Of a DNA stretch of 64,000 nucleotides, positions 1 to 10,593 are shown in pieces. The position numbers were made by a program, and so were the translations under genes. The first letter of the stretch is position 1. Each line of letters begins with the position of its first letter. The stretch is from Candidatus Cloacimonadales bacterium (lineage in GTDB: Bacteria > Cloacimonadota > Cloacimonadia > Cloacimonadales > JAIOQZ01). The stretch lies in the NCBI GenBank assembly GCA_963665815.1, contig OY762463.1:928001-992000 (forward strand). The letters run 5' to 3'. A model generated the notes under the pieces. It was given only the letters and a program-made list of their open reading frames with translations. It did no database searches and was not told the DNA's origin.

Positions 1-1
1 T

Positions 2-2005
2 GTTGATGTAAGTCTGCTATCTTTTGTGATAGTGGTTACTGACGATAACTGGATTGTTACAAGAACTCAGATTCAAGCCTGTGATAAATATTTCCGAGTT
101 CCAATGGAAATTGTTGTTGTCAGGAATGGAGTCTCAGACGAAACCGCAAAATCAATGCAATACCTCATAGACTACCACGAATACATTAATTTCAGATTAA
201 TCGATATAGATGAGACATCCTGGCACAATGCGTTTGAGAGGGGAGTGGAAGATACTTCTGGAAACATTGTTTTCACGATGAAAGAAAATGCTCAACTATT
301 CTCAAATTTCGACTTTGTTCTGGAAAAAACCTTCCGTAAAAACCCTGAAGTTCAATACCTTACTGGTATATCAACAAATCCCGATAGTTTTAATTTCTAT
401 GAGAAATATATCAAAAAAGAAGGAGGAGACAAGTCTGATCATGATTTTTCTTATGATGTTTACAACCATTTTAAAGGAGAGGAAGTTTCTGAATTATTCC
501 TCACAAGTATCCCTGAATTCTTTGCATTCAGGAAAGATGCAGTATCCGTACGAGAAGTATTCAGCAGCAGGAAAATATCAATAGCATTATCACTCCTATA
601 CCATGAAAGCAATATGACCAGCATAATGAAATACTGGAATCAGAGAGACAAGATTCCTCCAAAAGAATTTCTGGAGAGTATGCTGGATGTGCTTACATAT
701 TACATAATGCCTGATCTTGCACAATACATTGTAGACGAATATGTCAGAGGTCATATTGACGAAGCATTAATGTTTAAAGCCCTCCCTCTTGCATTGAGTG
801 GTAGATACTATGACATAAATTATAAAAAACATCTGATAAATGTAGTTAAAAATGAACCTATCAGAAAAACGCTGCAGAGCGACCTTGATCTGATTTCCCG
901 AATTGGAGGAAAAAGGAAAAGCAACACCAGCCTGAAAAATGGCTTTTCTGGCAAGAAAGCGCTCTTCTATTTCTTCAAGAACGTCCATATACCAATCCTT
1001 GAACCTGTTTACAGGAAACTAAAGGAATTACACCCCGAAATCGAAATCGGCTTCAGCATAATGGAATATGCTCCTCAGATCAGAGCAGGTTTTACTCCAT
1101 CCGAAAGAGAATACATTGTCGGAATGGGTGAAAGAGTATATGCATCACCACAGGCATTCAAGCCTGATATAACTTTCATTGCAGATTCGATTTACCCGAT
1201 TGTGAAAGGCTGCGGCAAAATTGTCAATATCGGTCATGGTGTTCTCTCAAAGGGACAATACTACACCGATACTCCTGTTGCAAGAAGAGAAGAAGAAGCC
1301 GACCTGGTATGCGTCCCGGGTAAGTTCCATGAAGACATAATGAGAAAGATCATCTCTACTCCGGTTAAAGCAACTGGTATGGCTAAACTTGATCCTGTTT
1401 TCTCCGGTGAAATAACTCGAGAATCAGTTATCAATAAATACGGACTTCCGGCAGACAAAAAATATATTCTTTTCGCTCCCACATTTAATGATGAACTATC
1501 TGCTCTACCCTATCTGGCAGACAGAATTAATGAAGTCATACCTGACGACAATACAATCATGATTGTGAAGCTGCATGGATCAACAGCAGAGCATTACAAA
1601 CATACCATTAGAGAATTGGTCAGCAGGGACATTAGAATTGTCTTTGCCGAAGCTGACGAGTATGATATTACACCTTTTATGGCTCTGGCTGATGTTCTTA
1701 TCTCAGATTTTTCTTCTGCTATGATGGAATTCGCAGCTCTTGATAAACCAGTCGTATTGTTCAATAATCCTAAATGGAGAAATTACAAGTATTTCAACCC
1801 GAATGATATTGGCTTCAAATGGCGTGATATCGGAATTGAAGTGAAATCGATTGAAGAGACTAAATATGCTGTAGAACAATGTTTTGCATCTCCTGAATTC
1901 AAGTCAGACATCAGAAAGAAATATACAGATCAATTATTCGCAAATAAATATGGCAGATCAGCTGCTGAAGCTATAATCAATGAGTCACTAACCCTGCTCA
2001 ATTAA
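2..2005 (+). CDS. CDP-glycerol glycerophosphotransferase (TagB/TagF-like) with N-terminal glycosyltransferase-like region; 5'-truncated by window
   Basis: Frame open from base 2; motifs GHG, ILFAPTF, VKLH, ADVLISDFSSAMMEFAALDKPVV. Confidence 0.8.
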   Translation, partial: VDVSLLSFVIVVTDDNWIVTRTQIQACDKYFRVPMEIVVVRNGVSDETAKSMQYLIDYHEYINFRLIDIDETSWHNAFERGVEDTSGNIVFTMKENAQLFSNFDFVLEKTFRKNPEVQYLTGISTNPDSFNFYEKYIKKEGGDKSDHDFSYDVYNHFKGEEVSELFLTSIPEFFAFRKDAVSVREVFSSRKISIALSLLYHESNMTSIMKYWNQRDKIPPKEFLESMLDVLTYYIMPDLAQYIVDEYVRGHIDEALMFKALPLALSGRYYDINYKKHLINVVKNEPIRKTLQSDLDLISRIGGKRKSNTSLKNGFSGKKALFYFFKNVHIPILEPVYRKLKELHPEIEIGFSIMEYAPQIRAGFTPSEREYIVGMGERVYASPQAFKPDITFIADSIYPIVKGCGKIVNIGHGVLSKGQYYTDTPVARREEEADLVCVPGKFHEDIMRKIISTPVKATGMAKLDPVFSGEITRESVINKYGLPADKKYILFAPTFNDELSALPYLADRINEVIPDDNTIMIVKLHGSTAEHYKHTIRELVSRDIRIVFAEADEYDITPFMALADVLISDFSSAMMEFAALDKPVVLFNNPKWRNYKYFNPNDIGFKWRDIGIEVKSIEETKYAVEQCFASPEFKSDIRKKYTDQLFANKYGRSAAEAIINESLTLLN

Positions 2006-2019
2006 TAAAGGATGCTGAT

Positions 2020-3048
2020 ATGGTTAAATTTTTAGTGCTGGCAACCCAGAGATCCGGAACAGTCTTTCTGGAATCCATCCTTAACAGTCACCCTGACATT
2101 TACTGTACAGGTGAAAGACTTCTTTATAACAATGTAAACTCTTTTATTGATTACTGGGAAGAGAAGGTTAAAGAAAATAAAATCAACCTGACCCCAAAGT
2201 ATTCATCAAAAGTACTATATGATTTTATGGATGAGTACTTTAATGCTCGAACAGAAAAAGCTGTTGGATTTGATATTAAATACAATCAGTACTTTACAAT
2301 TGCGAACATGCATTCTGTTTTGCAGAAACACAATATAAAAATTATTCATCTGGTAAGAGAAAACATCCTTAAGACTCTGATTTCACTCAGGTTAAATGTA
2401 ATGCAAAGAGAACTACACAGGAAATCTCACACAAAAGAAAAAGTCAAAGCAGTGAAAATCCGACTCGAAACCGGAAATAAACTGATTAAAGAACTGAATC
2501 GCAGAGATGAGCAGATTCAATATTTCAAACAGCTCTTGAGTAGTTATTTTCCATATCTTGAGCTTCATTATGAAAAGTTCTTCCCTGAGAATCAGGGAGA
2601 GGCTCAGACTATACGTCCTGAAATCCTCAGCAGTGTAACAGAATTTCTGGAAGTCGATCTGGGTGAAAACAAAATGTCTACACCATACCGTAAGACCAAT
2701 CCCGTAGGATTAAGAGATCTTCTTGAAAACTATGATGAAGTATATAATACTCTCATTAACACCAGATTTGCCCATCTCCTAAATGAATCTGTTCCCAATG
2801 ATAATTTTGTAAACAGGATTAATCAGGGAGAAAAGCTGTTTTCAGAAAATAGAATACAAGAAGCTCTTGACTCTTTCTACAAAATGTTCGAGACTTATCC
2901 GGAAAATGCCAGATTATGTAACAATATCGCAGTATGTTACTGGCAGCTGCATAATAATCAAAAAGCTGAGGAGTTCATGAAACACGCTATCCGTATTGAG
3001 CCTGAAAATCCTCAATACAGGCAAAACCTGCAAGATATGAAAATATGA
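2020..3048 (+). CDS. PAPS-dependent sulfotransferase (Stf0-like) with C-terminal TPR
   Basis: LATQRSGT 5'-PSB loop, LVRENILKTLIS 3'-PB motif, TPR-like NNIAVCYWQL. Confidence 0.8.
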   Translation: MVKFLVLATQRSGTVFLESILNSHPDIYCTGERLLYNNVNSFIDYWEEKVKENKINLTPKYSSKVLYDFMDEYFNARTEKAVGFDIKYNQYFTIANMHSVLQKHNIKIIHLVRENILKTLISLRLNVMQRELHRKSHTKEKVKAVKIRLETGNKLIKELNRRDEQIQYFKQLLSSYFPYLELHYEKFFPENQGEAQTIRPEILSSVTEFLEVDLGENKMSTPYRKTNPVGLRDLLENYDEVYNTLINTRFAHLLNESVPNDNFVNRINQGEKLFSENRIQEALDSFYKMFETYPENARLCNNIAVCYWQLHNNQKAEEFMKHAIRIEPENPQYRQNLQDMKI

Positions 3049-4169
3049 GACTACTTATTCTGAATTATGAATATCCTCCTATTGGTGGAGGTGCTGCAAT
3101 GCAGACAAAACTGCTTGCTGAGAAATTTGCAGAACGTGGTCATAAAGTAACTGTGATTACTTCTCACTTCAAGAACCTGCCATGGATAGAGCTGAAAGAA
3201 AACTTGCAGATTATCAGAGTACCGGCAGGACGTAAAAGAGCCGACCGCAGCACAATGCCAGAGATGCTTATGTATCTGATGATGGCGAAACTCGTCTATC
3301 TGTATCAGTTAGTCTTTAACAGACCTGTCGCTGTACTGAACTTTTTTCTTATGCCAACCGGAGCATTGGGATTCCTTTGCAAGATGTTGTTCAGAATACC
3401 CTTTATTGTATTGTTGAGAGGAGCTGATGTTCATGGATTCATTGTTCCGGAACACAGACGTAAACTTAAGTACTTCAAACCTTTTTCAACATTTCTGGCA
3501 CATTATGCTGATAAACTTGTTGCCGTCAGCAGAGATCTTGCTGATATGGCAGAAGATATATTTAATGTAAAAAACGTAAATGTTATAGAAAACTCAGTTC
3601 CTTTATGCCATGGAGAGCGAAAAATACCATCCGAATTTACCAGATTCCTTTTTGTTGGTAGACTTTCTCTGGAAAAAAGTATTGATGATATAATAACAGC
3701 ATTCTCAAAAACCGAAAACAGCGTTCTGGAAATACTGGGTGACGGACATATGAGAGAGAGTCTGGAAAGACTTGTTCATAAGCTGAGGATTGAGGACAGA
3801 GTCAACTTTCATGGCTGGGTTTCCCGAGAAGAAGTAAACAGCTGGATGTTAAAATCTCATTGTCTCGTACTCTACTCCAGAGTAGAAGGCATGTCGATGT
3901 CCGGGTTAACTGCTTTCAGCAGCGGTTTGCCAATTATTGGAAGCAATGCAGCCGGAATGAGAAATTTCGTGATTGACAAAGTGAATGGCTTCATAGTTGA
4001 ATTGGGTAACCCTGATGCACTCGCAGAGCTGATGATAGAAATCACCGAGAAAAAGTATAATCTTGAGGAAATGAGTGCAAATTGTCGCAGAATCGTTGAG
4101 GAAAAGTACTCAGTTGATAAAGCTGCTGATAAATATCTTACTCTGATAAATCAGATGATTGGGAGATAA
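3045..4169 (+). CDS. GT4 glycosyltransferase
   Basis: YEYPPIGGGA N-terminus, FVGRLSLEK, SRVEG. Confidence 0.9.
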   Translation: MRLLILNYEYPPIGGGAAMQTKLLAEKFAERGHKVTVITSHFKNLPWIELKENLQIIRVPAGRKRADRSTMPEMLMYLMMAKLVYLYQLVFNRPVAVLNFFLMPTGALGFLCKMLFRIPFIVLLRGADVHGFIVPEHRRKLKYFKPFSTFLAHYADKLVAVSRDLADMAEDIFNVKNVNVIENSVPLCHGERKIPSEFTRFLFVGRLSLEKSIDDIITAFSKTENSVLEILGDGHMRESLERLVHKLRIEDRVNFHGWVSREEVNSWMLKSHCLVLYSRVEGMSMSGLTAFSSGLPIIGSNAAGMRNFVIDKVNGFIVELGNPDALAELMIEITEKKYNLEEMSANCRRIVEEKYSVDKAADKYLTLINQMIGR

Positions 4170-4170
4170 A

Positions 4171-6012
4171 ATGAAAATAGATACCGCCGCTGAAAAACTG
4201 AAAGAGAAGATTTTAAATCTGGATATAAATTCCCTGAATGCATCAGATTACTTTAAAAACTACCTGAGATCTTATCAGGATGATATTGATGCCGTAATTC
4301 CGCGTTATGTACGGATTTTGAAAGAATCACTTAAAGGTCATAGACGTTCATGTACAGCCTTTCTGGACTATGGTGGAGGAAGCGGATTCCTGACGATGCT
4401 TGCCAAGCTGTCAGGTATCCACAGAGTAGTATATATGGATATCTCTGAGGAAATCCGCAATGGGGCGGCAGAACTTTCTTCCGTGCTGAGTATACCTGTT
4501 GACGCTTATTATACCGGCACCTATGAGAGTTTGGAGATCGATGAGAAGTTTGATGTTATAGCTAACTATGACGTACTTGAACATGTCTATGATCCGTTTA
4601 AGGCATTTAAAGCTTTATCTGAGCTGCTTACTGTAAATGGTACAATATACATGGCTTCCGGAAGTAACACTTACCATCCTGTAATCTACTGGATGATGAC
4701 AAAGAAGCACGAAATATCTGAATATTCAGGCACGGTATCCGGTAAAAAAATGGACGCCAAAGAACCTTTCTTTGAGATTAGAAAAACAATAATTAAAACA
4801 AATTTTCCATCTCTTTGTGAAGATGAAATTTCAAAGCTGGCAGAGAAAACCAGAGGTTTCAGAGAAGAAGATATCATCTCTATTGTTGATATGTATACTA
4901 AATCCGATTTGATGCCATTAAAAGTGCATAAAAACAATACCTGTGATCCATATACAGGAAACTGGGATGAAAACCTGATATCCTATTTCAGTCTGGCGCG
5001 CAAACTCAGAACGCTTTTTAAGAGAGTTGAAATTCTCCCGGGATACTATCCTGAAGTAGACGCGGAGTTCAAGCGAACTCCGGATGTTAAGGATAAAAAC
5101 ATTATAAACAAAGTTTATCCATATCTCAGCTACCTGTCTGTAAAGCTTGCTCCGTTTCTAAATTCCCTGATAAGACTTCTTCCGGGAAATTCGAAGTTTA
5201 CTGTTGCACCATATTATGTCATTAAAGCCTCTTATAAAAAGAACCATGCTGATGATTCTACCCAAAAAATAGCAGAAATTTATGATAAATGGGATGCTTG
5301 GAATGAAGATGTAAAGCCCATGGATATAACTCTACCATACACTCCGGGAATTTCATTGAAGAAAGTCGTGGAATTTCTTGATAAGAAGAAGTTTTCAAAA
5401 GAATCGGCTATACTTGATGCAGGTTGCGGCAATGGAAATGCTGTTTTAACAATGAAGAATATGGGCTACAATCCGGAAGCGTGCGATATATCGAAGCAGG
5501 CATCCGTTGTACTGAACAACTTTAAGCAGGGAAGTGTTACCGACTTACCATACAATGATGAAAACTTTGATCTGGTTTACTCACTTTCTGTTCTACACCA
5601 TCTGGATGATATAGAGCAGGGACTTCGGGAATTTGCCCGAGTACTGAAAACAGGTGGTTACTTCATTGCTTCCTTCCATACCAGAAATTCTCTTTACTAT
5701 CTGGAAACACTTGTTAAAAGAAAACTATTTCCGAAGAAGTTTAAACATTACGATTATGTGACTTTCTCTACCGTTTCGGAACTCCTTGATATGTTCCGTA
5801 AAAATGGTTTTGCCGTTGAAAGTTTTGATGGAATTCATCCTTTCTGGCTGATTAACAAGTTTATAGAGATAAGCGAGTTTCTTAAAAGAAAAGGTATTGT
5901 AAATTCTAACCCCTTTGTTAAGCTCGAAAAAATACTGTCCGGACTTATTCCACAAAGAATGAAAACCGAAATTTCTTATCACGCCATATTTGTATGTAAA
6001 AAGGTGAAATAA
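4171..6012 (+). CDS. Tandem two-domain class I SAM-dependent methyltransferase
   Basis: Two SAM motifs (LDYGGGSG, LDAGCGNG); ATG at 4171 after GGAG. Confidence 0.85.
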   Translation: MKIDTAAEKLKEKILNLDINSLNASDYFKNYLRSYQDDIDAVIPRYVRILKESLKGHRRSCTAFLDYGGGSGFLTMLAKLSGIHRVVYMDISEEIRNGAAELSSVLSIPVDAYYTGTYESLEIDEKFDVIANYDVLEHVYDPFKAFKALSELLTVNGTIYMASGSNTYHPVIYWMMTKKHEISEYSGTVSGKKMDAKEPFFEIRKTIIKTNFPSLCEDEISKLAEKTRGFREEDIISIVDMYTKSDLMPLKVHKNNTCDPYTGNWDENLISYFSLARKLRTLFKRVEILPGYYPEVDAEFKRTPDVKDKNIINKVYPYLSYLSVKLAPFLNSLIRLLPGNSKFTVAPYYVIKASYKKNHADDSTQKIAEIYDKWDAWNEDVKPMDITLPYTPGISLKKVVEFLDKKKFSKESAILDAGCGNGNAVLTMKNMGYNPEACDISKQASVVLNNFKQGSVTDLPYNDENFDLVYSLSVLHHLDDIEQGLREFARVLKTGGYFIASFHTRNSLYYLETLVKRKLFPKKFKHYDYVTFSTVSELLDMFRKNGFAVESFDGIHPFWLINKFIEISEFLKRKGIVNSNPFVKLEKILSGLIPQRMKTEISYHAIFVCKKVK

Positions 6013-6013
6013 G

Positions 6014-7231
6014 ATGGGAAAAAAGTTTTTGATTACTGGAGTATCCCTAAGGAGTAAAGGCGGTTCTGCCATGGTACAGGCTGCCTGTAATCTCATAGGT
6101 AAACAGCATAACTACAGTGTTCTCAGTTTCTATCCGGAGCTGGATAAGGCTGCAATATCAAGTATTCGGGATACCCACAGAATCAATGTAATATCCTATT
6201 CAACTTCATTAGGCAGAAAAATAGCTTTTAAATTAGAAGCATTATTGATGCTGCTTGATTACATATTTGGTTATATCTCAGGGAATAAGCTTCTTGTTAA
6301 ACTCAGCAGATACAGTAGAGAGATTTCAAATGTAAACGGAATTCTGGAGATTCACGGAATAGCTTTTTCGGATTACTATGGATTTAATGATGCTCTTACT
6401 TCATTTCTGAAAATGAAAATTGCCAAATTCAGTAAAACACCTTTTTTCTGCTTACCTCAGTCCTATGGTCCCATATCGTCTAATCTGAACAGAAAATTAG
6501 CTGAATATGCCCTTGAAAGTACGGAGTTAGTCCTTCCAAGAGGAATGAAATCACTGAAACTCGTTGAAGAGTTCAGATTGAATAATCCACATGTGGAATT
6601 CATGCCAGACCTAGCTTTTGCATTTAATAATCCACTTGAAGAAAACACACTTAATTTACTGAATAAATTAAATATAGACAAGCACAGTAAATACGCTGCA
6701 ATAATTCCAAACATACTTTTTCTGAGATGGGGATTTCCGGAAACTGTTACTTATTATGCTGAGATCATCGACCATTTTCATAATAAATACGGATATAAAT
6801 TGATCCTGATTCCACATCAGTATAATGACGCTGGAACAGACGACAGAACATTCAATCAGGAGATATACAATAAAGTATCTGACAAAAGCTGCCTGATTAA
6901 AATAGATGATATGCTGACAGCCAATGAGATAAAGTCACTGATTTCAGTTTGTGATTTCACATTGTGCTCAAGATTCCATGGTATGATCTCATCTCTGAAA
7001 ATGGGAGTTGAACCGTTTGTAATCAGCTGGGCAGAGAAATATCATGAGATCATGGATTTGTATGGTCTCATTGAAAACGTTCAGGACCATAAGCAAGTAA
7101 ATGTTAAAAACTTTATTGATAGAATAGAATCGCGTCTCAAAGTTGAATCAAAAGAACAGATAATGACTAAGAATGAGGAGTTTATGAAAACACTCAAGGA
7201 ACTCCGGGAATACCTACGTACGAGGTGTTAA
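6014..7231 (+). CDS. Polysaccharide pyruvyl transferase family
   Basis: PQSYGP, MPDLAF, SRFHGMISS motifs. Confidence 0.85.
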   Translation: MGKKFLITGVSLRSKGGSAMVQAACNLIGKQHNYSVLSFYPELDKAAISSIRDTHRINVISYSTSLGRKIAFKLEALLMLLDYIFGYISGNKLLVKLSRYSREISNVNGILEIHGIAFSDYYGFNDALTSFLKMKIAKFSKTPFFCLPQSYGPISSNLNRKLAEYALESTELVLPRGMKSLKLVEEFRLNNPHVEFMPDLAFAFNNPLEENTLNLLNKLNIDKHSKYAAIIPNILFLRWGFPETVTYYAEIIDHFHNKYGYKLILIPHQYNDAGTDDRTFNQEIYNKVSDKSCLIKIDDMLTANEIKSLISVCDFTLCSRFHGMISSLKMGVEPFVISWAEKYHEIMDLYGLIENVQDHKQVNVKNFIDRIESRLKVESKEQIMTKNEEFMKTLKELREYLRTRC

Positions 7232-7232
7232 A

Positions 7233-7883
7233 TTGCTGAAAAAACTATCTCAATATATAGCAAGAAAAAGATTCAGAAATCACATTATCCAACCCTGGAC
7301 AAGTTCTGAGTTCAAAGAGCAGCTTGTCAGAGCAAGATCAAGACTGGACAATGAGAGAAACCATATTCTCCGAGAATTCCTGCAGCATGCTTTAAAACAA
7401 CAGGGAGATGTCGCTGAATTCGGTGTATACAAAGGTGGAACAGCCTGGCTTATGGCTGAGATTATGCAAAAGACAGATAAAAAGCTGCACCTTTATGATA
7501 CGTTTGAAGGTTCCCCTGAAAAATCGGGAAATGATGTTGGTGAAAGAAAGGTCTTTTATCGTGATGTTAGCCTGAAAGAATTGAAAGATCAATTTCATAC
7601 ATTCAGCTTTGTTAATTTCCATGCAGGACTTTTGCCGGACTCAATCGGATCAGCGGATTTTACTCAATTATGCTTTGCCCACCTGCATCTGAATCTTCAT
7701 GAAGGCACCAGAGGTACTCTTGATTATATTTTCAGTAAAGTGGTTGATAAAGGAATCATTCTTATTGAAGATTATGGGATTATTGAATGCTCAGGTGTCA
7801 GAAAAGCTGTAGATGAGTTCTGTGAGTCGAATGAACTAAAACTAATCTATCTTCCAACATGTCAGGGAGTTATAATAAAATGA
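7233..7883 (+). CDS. TylF/MycF/NovP-family O-methyltransferase (variant motif)
   Basis: GDVAEFGVYKGG, YDTFEG, GVRKAVDEF. Confidence 0.8.
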   Translation: MLKKLSQYIARKRFRNHIIQPWTSSEFKEQLVRARSRLDNERNHILREFLQHALKQQGDVAEFGVYKGGTAWLMAEIMQKTDKKLHLYDTFEGSPEKSGNDVGERKVFYRDVSLKELKDQFHTFSFVNFHAGLLPDSIGSADFTQLCFAHLHLNLHEGTRGTLDYIFSKVVDKGIILIEDYGIIECSGVRKAVDEFCESNELKLIYLPTCQGVIIK

Positions 7884-9229
7884 AACACATAGGATTTGTA
7901 CCGGAGAATGGCTTATGTACCGGATGTGGTGCCTGCACAGGGATTTGCCCTGTTAATGCAATTACACCGGTATGGGATAAATACGGTGACAGAGTACCAG
8001 AAGTTGATAGCGCAAAATGTATTTCCTGCGGACTCTGCGTGAAGGTCTGTCCCGGGTACAAGGTTGACTATAAACATCTCAATCTAGAATGCCATATACA
8101 GGAATCTGACACGCTCAAAGTAGGTGTTGGCTCATGTAAATCCTGCGATATAATATACACTGAGAACAGAGAATCATTTCAGGAAGCAACATCCGGCGGA
8201 GTTGTGCGTGAATTACTTGCCACTCTTATTGAGAAAGGTGAAATCAACGGAGTATTGATGATAACAGCTCAGGAAAAATTGAGTTTTCCTTTCTATGCCC
8301 CATATAAAGTATTTACTGATCCCGATGAGATCCGCAAGCATAAAGTTCATTCCCGATATTGCCCTGCCCCACTTTTGGAAGGACTCAAGGAAATTGAGAG
8401 TGATGATAAAGTGTATGCTATTGTAACCCTCCCATGCCACACGCACGCAATACGGAATTTACAGGCTGAGAAGCCGGTCTGGAAGAAAAAGCTAAAATAC
8501 CTGTTTGGGCTGATATGCAGCGGCACACCAACAGCAAATGCCAATGCTTATCTATTTGCTGATAATGGGGTTGATGAAACTACCCTGGACTGGGTTGATT
8601 ATCGTTACGGTGAATGGCCCAAAGGTGTTTACGGTAGAGACAACGAAGGCAAAATGCACAACGTTCGTAAAATGGGTGGACTAAAAGAGCAGAACAGATT
8701 ATTCCAGATGATCGGAATGGTTTATATGAGTCCATACTTCTGGAGACGACGATGTCTTTTCTGTGCTGACTTTTTCAATCAATATGCAGATATAGCCTGC
8801 GGTGACCCTTGGGTCAGAAAGTACTGGAAAGGCTCGATAAAAGACGGTCTCAAGGGTGGAACTCTCACAATCATCAGAACTGAGCATGTTCAAAAGCTGG
8901 TAGATGAAATGCTTGCAGCCGGAAAGCTGGACAAAAGAATGGAAGTTGAACCTGACGACATTCATGTTTCCATGGGTGTTTTCCAGCATAAAAGAATCAA
9001 ACCGTTTGAATCATACAAAAAGCATGTACATAAATTTAACATGGAATTCCCTGATCATCAGCACTTTGAAAATCCATATAATGATTTGAATAAGCGGGAA
9101 GGATACTTCAATCTTTTGAAAAGTCAACTAACATTAAAGCGAAGTCGATGGTGGATATTTAAGTACATTCAATTTGTTGAAGAAGGCTTTGCTTTCATAA
9201 AACGTAAAATCAAACGAGAAATAGCATAG
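7880..9229 (+). CDS. FrhB/FdhB-family protein with N-terminal 2x[4Fe-4S] ferredoxin domain, copy 1
   Basis: Two CxxCxxCxxxCP motifs, TSGG, LPCH, GLIC, CLFCAD, DIACGDPW; ATGA overlap with upstream stop. Confidence 0.85.
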   Translation: MKHIGFVPENGLCTGCGACTGICPVNAITPVWDKYGDRVPEVDSAKCISCGLCVKVCPGYKVDYKHLNLECHIQESDTLKVGVGSCKSCDIIYTENRESFQEATSGGVVRELLATLIEKGEINGVLMITAQEKLSFPFYAPYKVFTDPDEIRKHKVHSRYCPAPLLEGLKEIESDDKVYAIVTLPCHTHAIRNLQAEKPVWKKKLKYLFGLICSGTPTANANAYLFADNGVDETTLDWVDYRYGEWPKGVYGRDNEGKMHNVRKMGGLKEQNRLFQMIGMVYMSPYFWRRRCLFCADFFNQYADIACGDPWVRKYWKGSIKDGLKGGTLTIIRTEHVQKLVDEMLAAGKLDKRMEVEPDDIHVSMGVFQHKRIKPFESYKKHVHKFNMEFPDHQHFENPYNDLNKREGYFNLLKSQLTLKRSRWWIFKYIQFVEEGFAFIKRKIKREIA

Positions 9230-9238
9230 GTAATATAG

Positions 9239-10591
9239 ATGGAACATATTGGATTTGTCCCTGAAAACGGAATGTGTACCGGATGCGGTGCCTGCACAGG
9301 AGTTTGCCCGACCGGAGCAATATCTTCCGTCTGGGATGAGTACGGTGACAGAGTCCCCAAAGTAGATGAAGACAAATGCATTGAGTGCTCTTTATGCGTA
9401 TTAGTGTGCCCCGGACATAATGTAGATTATGCAAAGCATGCTGAGCAATGCAGCTTTACTACCATGAAAAGTCTGCAGTCAGGTTTACAGAGTACCGATA
9501 AATGTTCTGTACTTTATGCAAAAGATGAAGAGTTACTCAGCACATCAACATCAGGAGGTCTGGCAAGAGAACTGGCAGCTTCTCTCATTGAAGAAGGAAA
9601 AGTAGACGGAGCATTGATGATTGTCTCTGAGAACCATGTAAAACTGCCGTTATATGCAAAATACAAAGTATTCACTGATCCTGAAGAGATCAGATCACAG
9701 GATAAACATTCCATGTATTGCCCTGCCCCACTTCTGGAAGGTTTGAAAGATATTGATGATGATGACAAAACCTATGTTATAGTTACACTCCCCTGTCATA
9801 CACATGCAATTCGAAAATTACAGGCAGAAATGCCACGCTGGCAGAAGAAGATAAAGTATGTTATTGGGCTTCTATGCGGAGGAACTCCCACTGCAAAAGC
9901 AAGCATGTTTCTGTTTGAAGAAAATGGAATTGACTACCACGACATTGACTGGATTGACTACCGATACAAAGGTGCGAGAGAAGGTGTTTACGGTCGAGAT
10001 TCATCAGGAGAACTGCACAACGTACGTATCTTTGGTGGACTGAACGACAACAGTCGAAAAAAGCAGATGACCGGAGCAATATTTATGAGCCCCTATTTCT
10101 ACCGCAGAAGATGCCTTTTTTGTGCAGACTATTTTAATGCTTATGCAGATGTTTCCTGCGGTGATCCATGGATAAAGAGCTTCTGGAAAGACTCTCTTAA
10201 AAAAGGAGATAACTGGGGAACACTTACAATCACCAGAAACCAGGAAATTGACGATTTTCTTAAAAAACTACAATCTAATGGCGTTCTGGAGACACGACTG
10301 GAACTGACTGCCGAACAAGTCACTGAATCAATGAGTCCTTTCCAGAGAAAAAAGATTAAGTTGTTCAACTGCTACAGAAAATATACCGGGTTGTTCAACA
10401 TGATGTTCCCGGAACATGTCGGACTGAAAAATCCACATAGAAACTACTCATCGTTCAGAGCTTTTATCAATCTTCTTAAAAACAAATTTGCACTGAATCA
10501 AGAGTTATGGTGGACATTCAAGTATGTTCAGTTCCTGGAAGAAGCTGCAGCTCTTATCAAAAGAAAACTAAGAATTAATTCTCCGGATTAA
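9239..10591 (+). CDS. FrhB/FdhB-family protein with ferredoxin domain, copy 2
   Basis: Colinear paralog of the preceding gene with the same motifs. Confidence 0.85.
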   Translation: MEHIGFVPENGMCTGCGACTGVCPTGAISSVWDEYGDRVPKVDEDKCIECSLCVLVCPGHNVDYAKHAEQCSFTTMKSLQSGLQSTDKCSVLYAKDEELLSTSTSGGLARELAASLIEEGKVDGALMIVSENHVKLPLYAKYKVFTDPEEIRSQDKHSMYCPAPLLEGLKDIDDDDKTYVIVTLPCHTHAIRKLQAEMPRWQKKIKYVIGLLCGGTPTAKASMFLFEENGIDYHDIDWIDYRYKGAREGVYGRDSSGELHNVRIFGGLNDNSRKKQMTGAIFMSPYFYRRRCLFCADYFNAYADVSCGDPWIKSFWKDSLKKGDNWGTLTITRNQEIDDFLKKLQSNGVLETRLELTAEQVTESMSPFQRKKIKLFNCYRKYTGLFNMMFPEHVGLKNPHRNYSSFRAFINLLKNKFALNQELWWTFKYVQFLEEAAALIKRKLRINSPD

Positions 10592-10593
10592 AC

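Noticed and set aside
7880-10591. F420-reducing hydrogenase / methanogenesis genes
   Set aside because: No hydrogenase subunits; the context is a bacterial glycan operon.
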